A stretch of DNA of 64,000 nucleotides from Acidimicrobiia bacterium (GCA_035316025.1 DATFXL010000053.1:1748-65747); one strand, 5' to 3'; positions 1 to 9,822 are shown, numbered from the stretch's first letter. Translations and numbers: made by a program. Notes: a model not told the origin generated them from the sequence alone.

Positions 1-960
1 CCACACCACGGGAAGCGGACCCTCGGGGCGGGGGCTGCGGACGGCCGCTCGCGCACCGGTGGTCGTGAGCACCGCGTTCGCGGCCGCCACCACCTGCGGC
101 GACGATCGGTAATTGGCTCCGAGGCGCACGACCGCCGCATCGGGGAAGTGCTGGCCGAAGGCCGTCAGGTACGACGCGTCGGCGCCCGCGAAGCCGTAGA
201 TCGCCTGGTCGCCGTCGCCGACGACGCACAGGTCGCACCGTTCGCCGAGCCACGCCCGCACGAGGCGGAACTGGGCCGGGTTGGCGTCCTGGAACTCGTC
301 GACGAACAGATGCTGGAACCGCCAGCGCTGCGCCGCCTGGAACTCGGCGTCCGACTCGAGGGCGTCGGCGCACCAGGTGATGAGGTCGTCGAAGTCGACC
401 AGCCGTCTCCGCCGGCGCTCGCGCTCGTACCGCTCGAAGAGGACCGCGATCTCGGCCGGTGGCCGGGAAGGCCTCCGGCGCGCCGCCTCGGCGGCGACCT
501 GGTAGGCGTCCGGCCCGATGAGGCGCGCCTTCGCCCATTCGATCTCGGCGGCCACCTCGGCGGCGAGCAGGGCGCGCTCGCCGCCTCGCCCGGACAACAT
601 CGGCGCGAGCAGCCGCGCCTTGCGATCGACGAGCTTCGGCATCGGACGATCGCGGTCCTCGCAGCGCCGCCGGAGCTGCGCAAGCGCGATGGCATGGAAC
701 GTGCCCGCGGCCACCTGCCGCCGCACGCCGAGGCGCGTCAGCCGGTCGCCGAGCTCGCCGGCGGCCTTGCGCGTGAACGTGACGGCCAGGGTGTGGGCGG
801 GGTCGATGTGGGCGTGCCGGGCCTGCCAGGCGATGCGGCGGGTCAGGACGCGCGTCTTGCCCGCGCCGGCGCCGGCGAGGATCGCCAGCGGCGTCGCACG
901 CGTCGTGACCGCTTGACGCTGGGCGTCGTCGAGCCCGTCGAGCAACAGGTCATCGGGCAC
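1..960 (-). CDS. UvrD/PcrA/Rep-family ATP-dependent DNA helicase, N-terminal part (3' end runs off the left edge)
   Basis: Absent from the ORF track because there is no stop in the window. My minus-strand translation from GTG at 960 reads VPDDLLLDGLDDAQRQAV..LAGAGAGKTRVLTRR (Walker A), FVDEFQD (motif II) and VVGDGDQAIYGFAGA. The frame runs cleanly to position 1. An alternative in-frame GTG lies at 981. Confidence 0.85.
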   Translation of the reverse strand, partial: MPDDLLLDGLDDAQRQAVTTRATPLAILAGAGAGKTRVLTRRIAWQARHAHIDPAHTLAVTFTRKAAGELGDRLTRLGVRRQVAAGTFHAIALAQLRRRCEDRDRPMPKLVDRKARLLAPMLSGRGGERALLAAEVAAEIEWAKARLIGPDAYQVAAEAARRRPSRPPAEIAVLFERYERERRRRRLVDFDDLITWCADALESDAEFQAAQRWRFQHLFVDEFQDANPAQFRLVRAWLGERCDLCVVGDGDQAIYGFAGADASYLTAFGQHFPDAAVVRLGANYRSSPQVVAAANAVLTTTGARAAVRSPRPEGPLPVVW

Positions 961-1296
961 TCGAGGACCATACCGATCCACTACGACAGGAACCGCGGAA
1001 GGGTGGCCCGGAACGAGGAAGACCCCGAGTAGTCTTCGCTGCGTCGCAGCTCCGATCTCCTCGGGGCCTCACCTGTTCGGACTCCGGCTTCGGAGGCTCC
1101 CCGGCGGGCGGGGCGCCCTCTCGGCTGTCGTCCCGGTCCCTGGCGCCGGAGTGATCCGACGTTCGGTCACCGACCGATTCCTCGGACCCGTAATCCGGCG
1201 GCTGCCTTTCAGACATCACCAGTGCCGTGCCCTTGTCACCGGTACCGGCGAACCTACGACCGCGATCGCGCGCCGTCAAGGGGCTACGTTCATTTG

Positions 1297-1662
1297 ATGC
1301 ACCTGTCGCGCGAGCGTTTCGAGGGTCTCGTCGCCGACGCGCTCGACTCGATTCCTCCCGACCTTGCCGCGCACATGGAGAACGTCGCCGTGATGGTCGA
1401 GGACTGGCCGTCACGCGAGCAGCTCGGCGACCGGGCCGGCACCCTCTTCGGGCTGTACGAGGGGGTGCAGCTGACCAATCGCTCACCGCTCAACTACGCC
1501 GGGGTGATGCCCGATCGCGTCACCATCTTCCGGGGGCCATTGTGCGAGCGGTCGCGGGACGAAGCGGAGCTCGCGCACCAGATCCGCGTCACCGTGATTC
1601 ACGAGATCGGACACCATTTCGGCATCGACGACGCCCGCCTCCGCGAGCTGGGGTGGAGCTGA
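1297..1662 (+). CDS. zincin-like metallopeptidase family protein (small, HExxH type)
   Basis: Track ORF 1222..1662. It has a HEIGHH zinc-binding motif near the C-terminus. I moved the start to ATG 1297 (MHLSRERFEGL..) because the 25 upstream codons look non-coding. Confidence 0.7.
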   Translation: MHLSRERFEGLVADALDSIPPDLAAHMENVAVMVEDWPSREQLGDRAGTLFGLYEGVQLTNRSPLNYAGVMPDRVTIFRGPLCERSRDEAELAHQIRVTVIHEIGHHFGIDDARLRELGWS

Positions 1663-1680
1663 GAACGTAGGCTGCGCCCG

Positions 1681-2997
1681 ATGCGCGACCGTGCTCGCTG
1701 GCGCAACTGGGGCCGCAACCAGCAGTGCACCCCCGCCGCCGTCGAGGAGCCGACGAGCGAGCTCGAGGTCATCGAGGCGGTCGAGCGGGCGAAGCGGGCG
1801 GGCCAGACCGTGAAGGTCGTCGGCGCCGGTCATTCGTTCACCGGGATCGCCTGTACCGACGGGCGCATGTTGCGCCTCGGCGGGCTCAATCGGGTGGTGG
1901 CGATCGACCGAGAGGCGGCGACGGTCACGGTCGAAGGAGGCATCCCGCTCTGGCAGCTGAACGAGGCGCTGGAGACGCGCCATCTGGCTCTCCCCAACCT
2001 CGGCGACATCGACCGGCAGTCCATCTCGGGCGCGATCGCAACGGCGACGCACGGCGGGGGCAAGCCGTTCGGTGGACTCGCCACCTTCGTGGTCGGCCTG
2101 GAGCTCGTCACCGGCGACGGTGATCTGCTCCGATGCTCGCTCGCCGAAGAGCCCGAGGTGTTCGCGTGCGCTCGCGTCGGGCTCGGCGCGCTCGGCGTCG
2201 TCACGAAGGTGACGCTCCAGTGCCAACCCTCCTTTCGGCTCCACTCGATCGAGAAGCCCCGGCCTCTCGACGCGCTCGTCGACGACCTCGACGACATCAT
2301 CGACCGGAACGAGCACATCGACTGCTACTGGTTCCCGCACACCGATGTCGCGACCGTCAAGGTCGCGAACCGGACCGGTGAGCCGATCCGCACGAAGTCC
2401 TCGTGGAAGGCGTGGCGCGACGACATCCTGCTCGCCAACTTCGCGTTCGGCGCCGCCGCCAAGCTGGGACAGCGTCGCCCGGACATGATCCCGAAGCTCA
2501 TGAACCTCGTCGCCGGGGGGATCGGCAAGACCGAGGTCGTCGACGTCTCCCACCGCGTCCTGTGCAGCCGGCGACTCGTGCGGTTCGTCGAGATGGAGTA
2601 CGCCATTCCTCGTCCGGAACTCGGGAAGACGTTGCTCCGCGTGCGGGACCTCATCGAAGGCGAAGGCCTCACGGTGAACTTCCCGATCGAGCTCAGAGTG
2701 GCGGCGCCCGACGACATCCCGCTCTCGACCGCCCAGGGTCGCGAGACGGGGTACCTCGCGGTTCACCTCTCCGCCGGGATGCCGTTCGACTCCTACTTCC
2801 GCGGCGTCGAGGCGATCATGGACGACATCGGCGGCCGCCCGCACTGGGGGAAGATGCACTACCAAACGGCGGAGACGCTTGCGCCGCGATACCCGGAGTG
2901 GACGCGTTTTCAATCCGTGCGCGCCCGCACCGACCCCGAGGAGCGGTTCCGGAATCCGTACCTGGATCGCGTGCTCGGTTCCGTCACCTCGCCGTAA
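1681..2997 (+). CDS. FAD-linked oxidoreductase, L-gulono-/D-arabinono-1,4-lactone oxidase family
   Basis: 438-aa ORF. The N-terminus has a FAD-binding VKVVGAGHSFTG motif and the C-terminus has the ALO-type GGRPHWGK motif. Confidence 0.8.
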   Translation: MRDRARWRNWGRNQQCTPAAVEEPTSELEVIEAVERAKRAGQTVKVVGAGHSFTGIACTDGRMLRLGGLNRVVAIDREAATVTVEGGIPLWQLNEALETRHLALPNLGDIDRQSISGAIATATHGGGKPFGGLATFVVGLELVTGDGDLLRCSLAEEPEVFACARVGLGALGVVTKVTLQCQPSFRLHSIEKPRPLDALVDDLDDIIDRNEHIDCYWFPHTDVATVKVANRTGEPIRTKSSWKAWRDDILLANFAFGAAAKLGQRRPDMIPKLMNLVAGGIGKTEVVDVSHRVLCSRRLVRFVEMEYAIPRPELGKTLLRVRDLIEGEGLTVNFPIELRVAAPDDIPLSTAQGRETGYLAVHLSAGMPFDSYFRGVEAIMDDIGGRPHWGKMHYQTAETLAPRYPEWTRFQSVRARTDPEERFRNPYLDRVLGSVTSP

Positions 2998-3007
2998 TCT
3001 CAGCGCC

Positions 3008-3640
3008 ATGGCCTACCCGCGGCATCTGATCAACGAGGGCGAGACCGTCGCGCTCGATCTCCACCCGCACTGGTGGTACTTCTCGAAGCACATCCTCACC
3101 GGCGTCCCGCTCCTCGTCGCCCTCGTCGGAGTGCTGGCGCTCTCGGGCGAGGTGCAGACGGTGGCGGCGTGGGCGTGGGCGATTCTCGCCGTGATCTGGG
3201 CCGTGTGGTTGCTGGCGAAGTACGTCCAGTGGCAGTACACGCACTTCGTCGTGACCGACGACCGCGTGATCTTCCGGACCGGATTGCTCTCGAAGCACGG
3301 GGTGGAGATCCCGCTCGACAGGATCAACAACATCAACTTCCACCAGCGGATCTTCGAGCGGCTGATCGGCGCCGGCGACCTCGACATCGAGTCGGCCGGC
3401 CGCGAGGGCCAATCACACTTCGAGGACGTTCGCCATCCCGACGGGGTGCAGCAAGAGATCTACCGGCAGATGGAGGTGAACGCACGCGAGGCGGCGAGCT
3501 GGGCGCGCCCGGAGGCGCCGGCGGGCGGTGGGGCGAGCATCCCCCTGCAGATCGAGCAGCTCGCCGCGCTGCGCGACAAGGGCCACATCACCGCCGAGGA
3601 GTACGAGGCCAAGAAGAACGCGCTCCTCGACCGGATGTAG
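3008..3640 (+). CDS. bacterial PH-domain (YdbT/bPH_2-like) membrane protein with C-terminal SHOCT domain
   Basis: Inner ATG 3008 of track ORF 2879..3640. Two hydrophobic helices are followed by a bPH-like core (FVVTDDRVIFRTG..DLDIESAG). The tail IEQLAALRDKGHITAEEYEAKKNALLDRM is SHOCT-like. Confidence 0.7.
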   Translation: MAYPRHLINEGETVALDLHPHWWYFSKHILTGVPLLVALVGVLALSGEVQTVAAWAWAILAVIWAVWLLAKYVQWQYTHFVVTDDRVIFRTGLLSKHGVEIPLDRINNINFHQRIFERLIGAGDLDIESAGREGQSHFEDVRHPDGVQQEIYRQMEVNAREAASWARPEAPAGGGASIPLQIEQLAALRDKGHITAEEYEAKKNALLDRM

Positions 3641-3648
3641 CCACGACT

Positions 3649-4368
3649 TTGCGCGTCGTCTCGCTGGTCCCTTCCGCCACCGAGACCCTGCGCGCCCTCG
3701 GCGTCGAGCCCGTGGGCTGCACACGGTTCTGCGAGCAGCCCGAGCTCCCCGCGGTTGGCGGGACGAAGAACCCCGACGTCGACGCGATCGTCGCGCTGGC
3801 GCCCGACCTCGTGATCGTGAACGACGAGGAAAACCGGATCGAGGACGCCGACGCGCTCGTCGCCGCCGGGCTCCGGGTGCATTCCATGTCGCCTCGCTCG
3901 GTGGCCGACGTCGGCCCCGCCCTCGTGGGGCTCGGCGACGCGATCGGCGTAAACGCGCCCTCGCCGTTTGGGCCCAACGAGTGGGAACGATGGCTCGACG
4001 AACAGCGCGCCGTGGCGCCGGGTGTGGCACGGCGCTCGGCGATGCTCGTGTGGCGCCGGCCTTGGATGACGGCGAACGCGGACACCTACGCCTCATCGCT
4101 GTTGGAGCTGCTCGGCATCGAGAACGTCTTCGCCGGGGCGGGAGAGCGCTATCCCGAGACGACACTGGAGGAGATCGCGGAGCGCCGCGCCGACCTCGTG
4201 TTGCTCCCCGGCGAGCCGTACCCGTTCAGAGAACGCCATGTCGGCGAGGTGGAGGCGGTCGTGCCTGGCGCCGACGTGCGGCTCGTCGACGGCCGCGACC
4301 TCTTCTGGTGGGGCGTTCGTACGCCAGACGCGCTGCCGCGGCTCTGCGAGGCGCTCAGACGTTCGTGA
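3649..4368 (+). CDS. BtuF/TroA-like (periplasmic-binding-protein type 2) cobalamin/metal-binding domain protein, no signal peptide
   Basis: C-terminal 239 codons of track ORF 3073..4368 (LRVVSLVPSATETLRALG..GGTKNPDVDAIVALAPDLVIV). The upstream part is Arg-rich overlap with the previous gene. The only plausible start after the upstream stop is TTG 3649, so the start is uncertain. Confidence 0.55.
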   Translation: MRVVSLVPSATETLRALGVEPVGCTRFCEQPELPAVGGTKNPDVDAIVALAPDLVIVNDEENRIEDADALVAAGLRVHSMSPRSVADVGPALVGLGDAIGVNAPSPFGPNEWERWLDEQRAVAPGVARRSAMLVWRRPWMTANADTYASSLLELLGIENVFAGAGERYPETTLEEIAERRADLVLLPGEPYPFRERHVGEVEAVVPGADVRLVDGRDLFWWGVRTPDALPRLCEALRRS

Positions 4369-6844
4369 GCCCGGCGCCGAGCTCCTCGCCGGGGGCGGGG
4401 CAGTGGAAGTGCACGAAGTTCTCCTGGTTGCCGAGCTCGACATCGGTCCATCCCAACACCAAGGTGCGCGCCTGCCCGGGTTCGAGGGGGATCACGACGT
4501 CGCCGACGGGGGTGGCGGCCTTCGGCGCGGCCTCGAAGGCGAGGTCTCCCCGCGCCACGACGGCGCCCCGGTCCCGAGGCACGGCAACGCGCGCATCGGC
4601 GTCGGGTGGCACGGGAAGCCCGATGCGGGCACCGTCGAAGTCAGGCGCGAAGACGGATGATCTCGCGTCGACTACCTCCGACGACGCCGTCCCGCGCCAC
4701 GCCTCACCGCCGTCGTTCACGGCCACGATCGGCACGGTCACGTCTCCCGCCGAGACGACGGAGGCGTCCTGCAGACCGACGAGCAGCCGAGGCCGGCTCG
4801 CGTCGCGGAACGCGTCGTAGGTGGCTTTCGGGACCCGCTCGACGTCGACGAGGCCGCCGCCGGCGTAACCCCACCAGTCGGCCCAGAAGTGCCACCGATA
4901 CCCCATGAACGGATCGCCCCGGTGGGCTCGGAACCACTCTGTCTGGTGCTTGACCAGCGCCGCGCCGTATGCCTGGGTCGCGGCCGCCCAGGCGTCGAGT
5001 GACTCGTACCGAGACGGCAGCCCGGCGAACGCGCACGTCGAGCCGATGAACGAGAGTCGGCTCACCCACTCGCGCATCTGCTCGGAATCGGGAGGCCATC
5101 CGCGATCGCCGAACCGCGCGGCCTGCGGGCCAACGGTCCAGAACCCGTACTCGGAGACGAACCACGCCGGCCGCTCACGCACGCGGTAGAGGCTGCCCCC
5201 TGTGAGCGACCCGGCGTAGTTGTGGACGTCGTCGCCGATTCCGCTGGCGCGGTGCACGTGCCGGCCCGTGTCGACGGCCCGCAGCGTCGACTCCAGCGCG
5301 GCGTCGAGATGCGTCTCGCCGTGGTCGGCCTCGGGGCCGTCCTCGCCCCGGCGGGGATCGAAAAGCCGGGCCGGCTCGTTGTGGCACGCGTAGTACACGA
5401 CGCTCGGGTGGTTGTGCAGCAGGTATGCCATCTCGGCGATCTGGCGACTCGCGACATCGACGAAGCCAGGGTTCGTGTCCGTGCCGGAGTCGTAGGACCA
5501 CTGGAGCGCGAAGTCCTGGAACACGAGAACTCCCGCTTCGTCGGCGGCGTCGTAGCAGTGCGGCGACTGCACGTGCGCGTGCACGCCCACCGAGTTCCCG
5601 TGCGCGTCCACCACCATGCGCATGTCCCGGTCGTAGAAGCTGCGGCCGACCTCGGCGAAGTGCTGCCATGGGATGTAGTTCACGGCCTTCACGAACACCG
5701 GGCGGCCGTTCACCTCGAGGTGCCGCGCGTGGCCTGCCTCGTCGGCCACGACCCGTGCTGTGCGCAGTCCGAAGCGAGTGGTGTGACGATCGAGCGCGTG
5801 ACCGCCGACGGTCGCGAGCACGGCTTCCAACTCGTGCACGGCCGGACCGCCGGCCTCCGTTCCCGCCGGTTGCCAGGGCTGGAGGCGACCGTCGGCGAGC
5901 TCGATCACGACGTCGACACGTGCCGGACCGGTCGGCAGTTCCGCGTCGAGCCGCCCGCGGTCGCCGGCGACGTCGAAGTCGATGCGAGCCGGCAGCGCTT
6001 CGTCCGTGTGGTTCGTCACGACCACCGCCACCTGCACCCTTCGCCGATCGAGCGGGGTCACGAAGAGCGCGTCGATCGACGCGTCGCCCGTGCGCTCGAG
6101 CGTGACCGGCCCGACGATCCCGGCCGTCGTCATCGACTGACCCCACTCGGGTGTCCAGACCCACGGGTCGCCTCCTTCGACCAGCGGGCCGACCATGCGG
6201 CCGGGAAGCCCGCCCGGCCGGCTGTCGTGGTACTTCAGCGTGCCCTTGATCACCCGTTTCCGCTGGTCGAAGAACAGCGCCGACGGGTCCAGCGGCTCGA
6301 GGGGGTCCTGCACGGCGACCACGAGCGTGTTGTTCTTCCCGAGCCGGTCGGTCACGTCGAAGCCGAACGGCGCGAACGCACCCTCGTGGTGCCCGAGGTG
6401 GTCGCCGTTCAACCACACGTCGGCGAGGTAGTCCACGGCCGCGAAGCGGAGCCGCACTCCCGCCGGCGACTCGGGGAGCCCGCCGTGGCGCGGGTCGGCG
6501 AACGTACGTCGGTACCAGACGGGCCCGAACTGGCGCGACAGCTCCTCGTCGAAGCCGTAGTTCTCGGGCACGACGACCTTGCGCCACGACACGTCGGCCG
6601 GCGGCCCCTGCGCCGCACGTGCGCCCGGTTCGGGGAACGACGGGTCACCCTCGACGTCGGCCCATCGCTCCCACCGGCCCGACTCGGAGACCTCGATGCG
6701 ACCGCTCCCCGTGGGCTCCTCGCCCGGCGTCGCCGCCGACCAGCCGACCGGACGGGCGGACGTCACCGTCTCATAGTCGGAATGGGGCGTCACCGGCACG
6801 GCCGCAGGGCGGGGTCGGTCGGCCGCCGAGAGTTGGAGTGTCAC
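4355..6844 (-). CDS. glycoside hydrolase family 2 (beta-mannosidase/beta-galactosidase-like), cytoplasmic
   Basis: C-terminal 829 codons of track ORF 4355..7918. It has a GH2 sugar-binding N-domain (DVWLNGDHLGHHEGAFAPF). The acid/base context is NHPSVVYYACHNEP and the nucleophile context is WFVSEYGF. The start is GTG 6844, overlapping the galK stop (GTGA). Confidence 0.8.
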   Translation of the reverse strand: MTLQLSAADRPRPAAVPVTPHSDYETVTSARPVGWSAATPGEEPTGSGRIEVSESGRWERWADVEGDPSFPEPGARAAQGPPADVSWRKVVVPENYGFDEELSRQFGPVWYRRTFADPRHGGLPESPAGVRLRFAAVDYLADVWLNGDHLGHHEGAFAPFGFDVTDRLGKNNTLVVAVQDPLEPLDPSALFFDQRKRVIKGTLKYHDSRPGGLPGRMVGPLVEGGDPWVWTPEWGQSMTTAGIVGPVTLERTGDASIDALFVTPLDRRRVQVAVVVTNHTDEALPARIDFDVAGDRGRLDAELPTGPARVDVVIELADGRLQPWQPAGTEAGGPAVHELEAVLATVGGHALDRHTTRFGLRTARVVADEAGHARHLEVNGRPVFVKAVNYIPWQHFAEVGRSFYDRDMRMVVDAHGNSVGVHAHVQSPHCYDAADEAGVLVFQDFALQWSYDSGTDTNPGFVDVASRQIAEMAYLLHNHPSVVYYACHNEPARLFDPRRGEDGPEADHGETHLDAALESTLRAVDTGRHVHRASGIGDDVHNYAGSLTGGSLYRVRERPAWFVSEYGFWTVGPQAARFGDRGWPPDSEQMREWVSRLSFIGSTCAFAGLPSRYESLDAWAAATQAYGAALVKHQTEWFRAHRGDPFMGYRWHFWADWWGYAGGGLVDVERVPKATYDAFRDASRPRLLVGLQDASVVSAGDVTVPIVAVNDGGEAWRGTASSEVVDARSSVFAPDFDGARIGLPVPPDADARVAVPRDRGAVVARGDLAFEAAPKAATPVGDVVIPLEPGQARTLVLGWTDVELGNQENFVHFHCPAPGEELGAGLTNV

Positions 6845-7974
6845 GCGCGTGCGGGCGCGGCCACGGGACCGGCGCCGTCGACCGCGCGGACCTCGAACGC
6901 GCTCGCCTCGAGGTCGGTCTCGTCCCGGTAGCGGGCGATCGTCTTCCGGACGACGTCCCCGACCTGCCGACGCGCCACCAGCGCGACGACGGAGCCGCCG
7001 AAGCCGGCGCCGGTCAGGCGAGCGCCCAGTGCCCCGTGCTCGACGAGCAGGTCGACGGCCAGGTCGAGCTCCGGCGTCGACACCTCGTAGTCGTCGCGGA
7101 GACTGGCGTGGCTCGCGAGAAGGAGCGCGCCGAGGGCGGCGGTGTCGCCGGCACGCAGCGCGTCGGCGAACTCGAGGACGCGCTGGTTCTCGGTGACGAC
7201 GTGCCGGGCTCGCGGTTCGTCCCGCACATCGTCCATCGTCGCCTCCCGCAGCGTCGCCACGCCGAGCCGGGTGGCGACGCGTTCGCCGGCGGCGCGCCGT
7301 TCGGCGTACGGGCTGCCGGCGAGCGTGCGGGGGAGCCCGGAGTACACGACGACCACGGCCAGTGCATGTGGGAGCGTGATCGGCTCGACGGCGAGCGTGC
7401 GGCAGTCGATCAGCAGCGCGTGGCCGGCGCGGCCGAACAGGGAGACGAGCTGGTCCATGACGCCGCTCGGAACGCCGGTTGCGAGCTGCTCGGCGCGCTG
7501 GCACACGCGAGCGAGCGCCGTGGCCGGAAGCGTCAGCCCGCCGGCGTCGGCCAGCGCGAGCGCCACCGCCACCTCGAGCGCGGCGCTCGACGACAGGCCC
7601 GAGCCCAGCGGCACGGTCGACGACACGGCCGCGTCCATGCCGACCGGGGGGCGTCCGGCGTCGGCGAGCGTCCGCACGACGCCGACCACGTACCGGCCCC
7701 ACGGCGGCTCGACATCGCGTGGCGCGTCGGCGCCGCCGGCGGCGACGTCGACCGGGCCGTCCGTGTCCCGCTCGACCGAGCGGGCCGTCACGCGTCCATC
7801 CTTCCGGCGTCGCGCCGCGATCATGCAGTCGCGATCGATAGCCAGAGGCAGCACGAAGCCCTCGTGGTAGTCGGTGTGGTCGCCGATCAGGTTCACTCGA
7901 CCCGGCGCCCGGAACCAACGCAGCTCGCCGGGGCCGCCGAGAAGCTCCGTGATCGCAGCCGCGCGGCGGTCCAC
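6841..7974 (-). CDS. galK: galactokinase
   Basis: 377 aa. It carries the galactokinase signature GRVNLIGDHTDY, the GHMP kinase motif PLGSGLSSSAAL and a C-terminal GAGFGG. Confidence 0.85.
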   Translation of the reverse strand: MDRRAAAITELLGGPGELRWFRAPGRVNLIGDHTDYHEGFVLPLAIDRDCMIAARRRKDGRVTARSVERDTDGPVDVAAGGADAPRDVEPPWGRYVVGVVRTLADAGRPPVGMDAAVSSTVPLGSGLSSSAALEVAVALALADAGGLTLPATALARVCQRAEQLATGVPSGVMDQLVSLFGRAGHALLIDCRTLAVEPITLPHALAVVVVYSGLPRTLAGSPYAERRAAGERVATRLGVATLREATMDDVRDEPRARHVVTENQRVLEFADALRAGDTAALGALLLASHASLRDDYEVSTPELDLAVDLLVEHGALGARLTGAGFGGSVVALVARRQVGDVVRKTIARYRDETDLEASAFEVRAVDGAGPVAAPARA

Positions 7975-7975
7975 G

Positions 7976-8875
7976 TCAGCGCAGCGCGGGCAGTACCTCG
8001 GCCGCGAACCGATCGAGCCCGTCCACGTCGAACGGCGCTCTCATCGCGAGAATCACCCACTCGGCCCCGGCGTCGGTGTACTGACCGATCCGGTCGACGA
8101 CCTCTTGAACGCTGCCCATCAGCACGCCCGGCTTCACGAACTCGGCGATGTTTCCGAACTGGGCTTCGAGGTCGCCCTGGCGCCATGCCAGTCCGAGGTT
8201 CACCGACTTCGTGATCGTCTGCGGGTCCCGGCCCACGGCAGCACAGTGGTCGTTGAGCACGTCGACCTTGTGGCGGTAGGTGTCGGGATCGAGGAACGGG
8301 ACGTTCCAGCCGTCGGCGTGCCGGGCGGCGGTCCGCAGCGTGAGCTTCTCGCCGGCGCCGCCGACCCACAGCGGCAGCCGTTCCTGCACCGGCTTCGGTT
8401 CGCATCTCGCGTCACGCAGCTGGAAGAACTCGCCGTCGAAGTCGGCGATGTCCTCCGTCAGCAGCGAGCGGATGCACTGGATCGCCTCGTCGAGCATGCG
8501 GAGCCGCACCGGGACGGGAGGGAACGGGATCCCATACGCGTGGTACTCACCCTGGTGCCAGCCACCGCCGAGGCCGAGCACGATGCGGCCGCCGGCGAGG
8601 TGATCGAGGGTGGCCATCGCGTTCGCGAGCACGGCCGGGTGCCGGTAGCCGACCGAGTACACGAGGCTGCCGCACCGTACGCGGTCGGTCTCGAGCGCCA
8701 GGGCGGCGTGGGTGGCGACGGCCTCGAGGCACACCGCGCCGCCAGTGGCGTCGGCGGCGTAGAAGTGGTCCCAGACCGAGATCCAGTCGAAGCCGTGACT
8801 TTCGATCCGGCGCCACAGCGCGCACAGCTCGTCCGTGGTGGTGTTCTGGAGCCCGGCGTGGACGCCGAACTTCAC
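7976..8875 (-). CDS. LLM-class (luciferase-like) F420-dependent oxidoreductase
   Basis: C-terminal 299 codons of track ORF 7976..9661 (VKFGVHAGLQ..GFDWISVWDHF..GRIVLGLGGGW). GTG 8875 overlaps the upstream stop (GTGA). Confidence 0.75.
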   Translation of the reverse strand: MKFGVHAGLQNTTTDELCALWRRIESHGFDWISVWDHFYAADATGGAVCLEAVATHAALALETDRVRCGSLVYSVGYRHPAVLANAMATLDHLAGGRIVLGLGGGWHQGEYHAYGIPFPPVPVRLRMLDEAIQCIRSLLTEDIADFDGEFFQLRDARCEPKPVQERLPLWVGGAGEKLTLRTAARHADGWNVPFLDPDTYRHKVDVLNDHCAAVGRDPQTITKSVNLGLAWRQGDLEAQFGNIAEFVKPGVLMGSVQEVVDRIGQYTDAGAEWVILAMRAPFDVDGLDRFAAEVLPALR

Positions 8876-9822
8876 GCCGCCCCCGCGTGCGCGCCGATCG
8901 CGGGCATGACCTCGGCCGCGATGAGGTCGAGGTGCTGGAGGTCGGAGAGGTCGAGCACCTGGAGGTAGGCGGTCTCTGCTCCCGCCGCCTCGAACGCGCG
9001 CAGCGTGTCTACGACCTCGCCCGGCAGCCCGGCGGCGCCGTTCTCCCGCAGCTCCTCGGGCTGGCGGCCGATGGCTTCGGCCCGCCGGCGGAACTCGGCT
9101 TCGTCGCGCCCGCAGCAGACGACGAGCGCGACGGTCGTCGGCAGCGACGATGGGTCCCGCCCGGCGTGCACGCACGCCTGCTTCACCCGCCGAACCTGCT
9201 CTGCGTAGAAGTCGACGGGCGGGAACGCCAGGTTGAACTCCTGTGCGTACTGTGCCGCCAGCCGCGGCGTCCGCTTCGGGCCGTACCCCCCGATGATGAT
9301 CGGGGGATGCGGCATCTGGACAGGCTTCGGCAACGCCGGCGACTCGACGAGCTCGTAGTACCGACCGCGGAACGAGAAGGTCTCGCCGACCGGTGTCGTC
9401 CACATGCCGGTGATGATCGCCAGCTGCTCCTCGAGGCGCTCGAACCGCTCCCGAGTCGACGGGAACGGGATGCCGTGGGCGCGATGCTCGTCGTCGAACC
9501 AGCCGGCGCCGATGCCGAGCTCGACGCGTCCGCCGCTCATGGCGTCCACCTGCGCGACCGTGATTGCCAACGGGCCCGGCAACCGGAACGTGGCGGCGGT
9601 GACGAGCGTTCCCAGCCGCCCGCGTGACGTTTCTCGTGCCAGCCCGGCGAGCGTGACCCACGCGTCGGTGGGGCCGGGACCCGGATCGCCGTCGCCCATG
9701 TGCAGGTAGTGGTCGGAGCGGAAGAACCCGTCGAAGCCGAGCTCTTCGGCGCTACGGGCGACCGCAAGCAGATCGTCGTAGGTCGCGCCCTGCTGCGGTT
9801 CGGTGAAGATGCGCAAGCGCAT
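8872..9822 (-). CDS. LLM-class F420-dependent oxidoreductase (Rv1855c-like family by N-terminal pattern)
   Basis: 316 aa reading MRLRIFTEPQQGATYDDLLAVAR..GFDGFFRSDHY..GRVELGIGAGW. This is the typical luciferase-like monooxygenase fold pattern. Confidence 0.8.
   Translation of the reverse strand: MRLRIFTEPQQGATYDDLLAVARSAEELGFDGFFRSDHYLHMGDGDPGPGPTDAWVTLAGLARETSRGRLGTLVTAATFRLPGPLAITVAQVDAMSGGRVELGIGAGWFDDEHRAHGIPFPSTRERFERLEEQLAIITGMWTTPVGETFSFRGRYYELVESPALPKPVQMPHPPIIIGGYGPKRTPRLAAQYAQEFNLAFPPVDFYAEQVRRVKQACVHAGRDPSSLPTTVALVVCCGRDEAEFRRRAEAIGRQPEELRENGAAGLPGEVVDTLRAFEAAGAETAYLQVLDLSDLQHLDLIAAEVMPAIGAHAGAA

Noticed and set aside
950-1216. An 88-codon acidic ORF (MSERQPPDYGSEESVGDRTSDH..) on the minus strand, in the 337-nt gap between the helicase gene and the zincin gene.
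   Set aside because: The first ~48 codons show coding-like GC3 bias, but it decays in the second half. The ORF ends inside the helicase start region in another frame, and I recognise no motif. It could be a real micro-protein or a degraded gene, but I cannot support it.
6845-7918. A 358-codon N-terminal extension of the GH2 ORF (track ORF 4355..7918).
   Set aside because: The extension overlaps galK in another frame and is Arg-rich nonsense (RRRRRRRATRCRAA..). The GH2 homology begins only after GTG 6844, which forms a GTGA overlap with the galK stop.
8876-9661. An N-terminal extension of the LLM-B ORF (track ORF 7976..9661).
   Set aside because: It overlaps LLM-A out of frame and is low complexity. 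The canonical LLM N-terminus (VKFGVHAG..) starts at GTG 8875.
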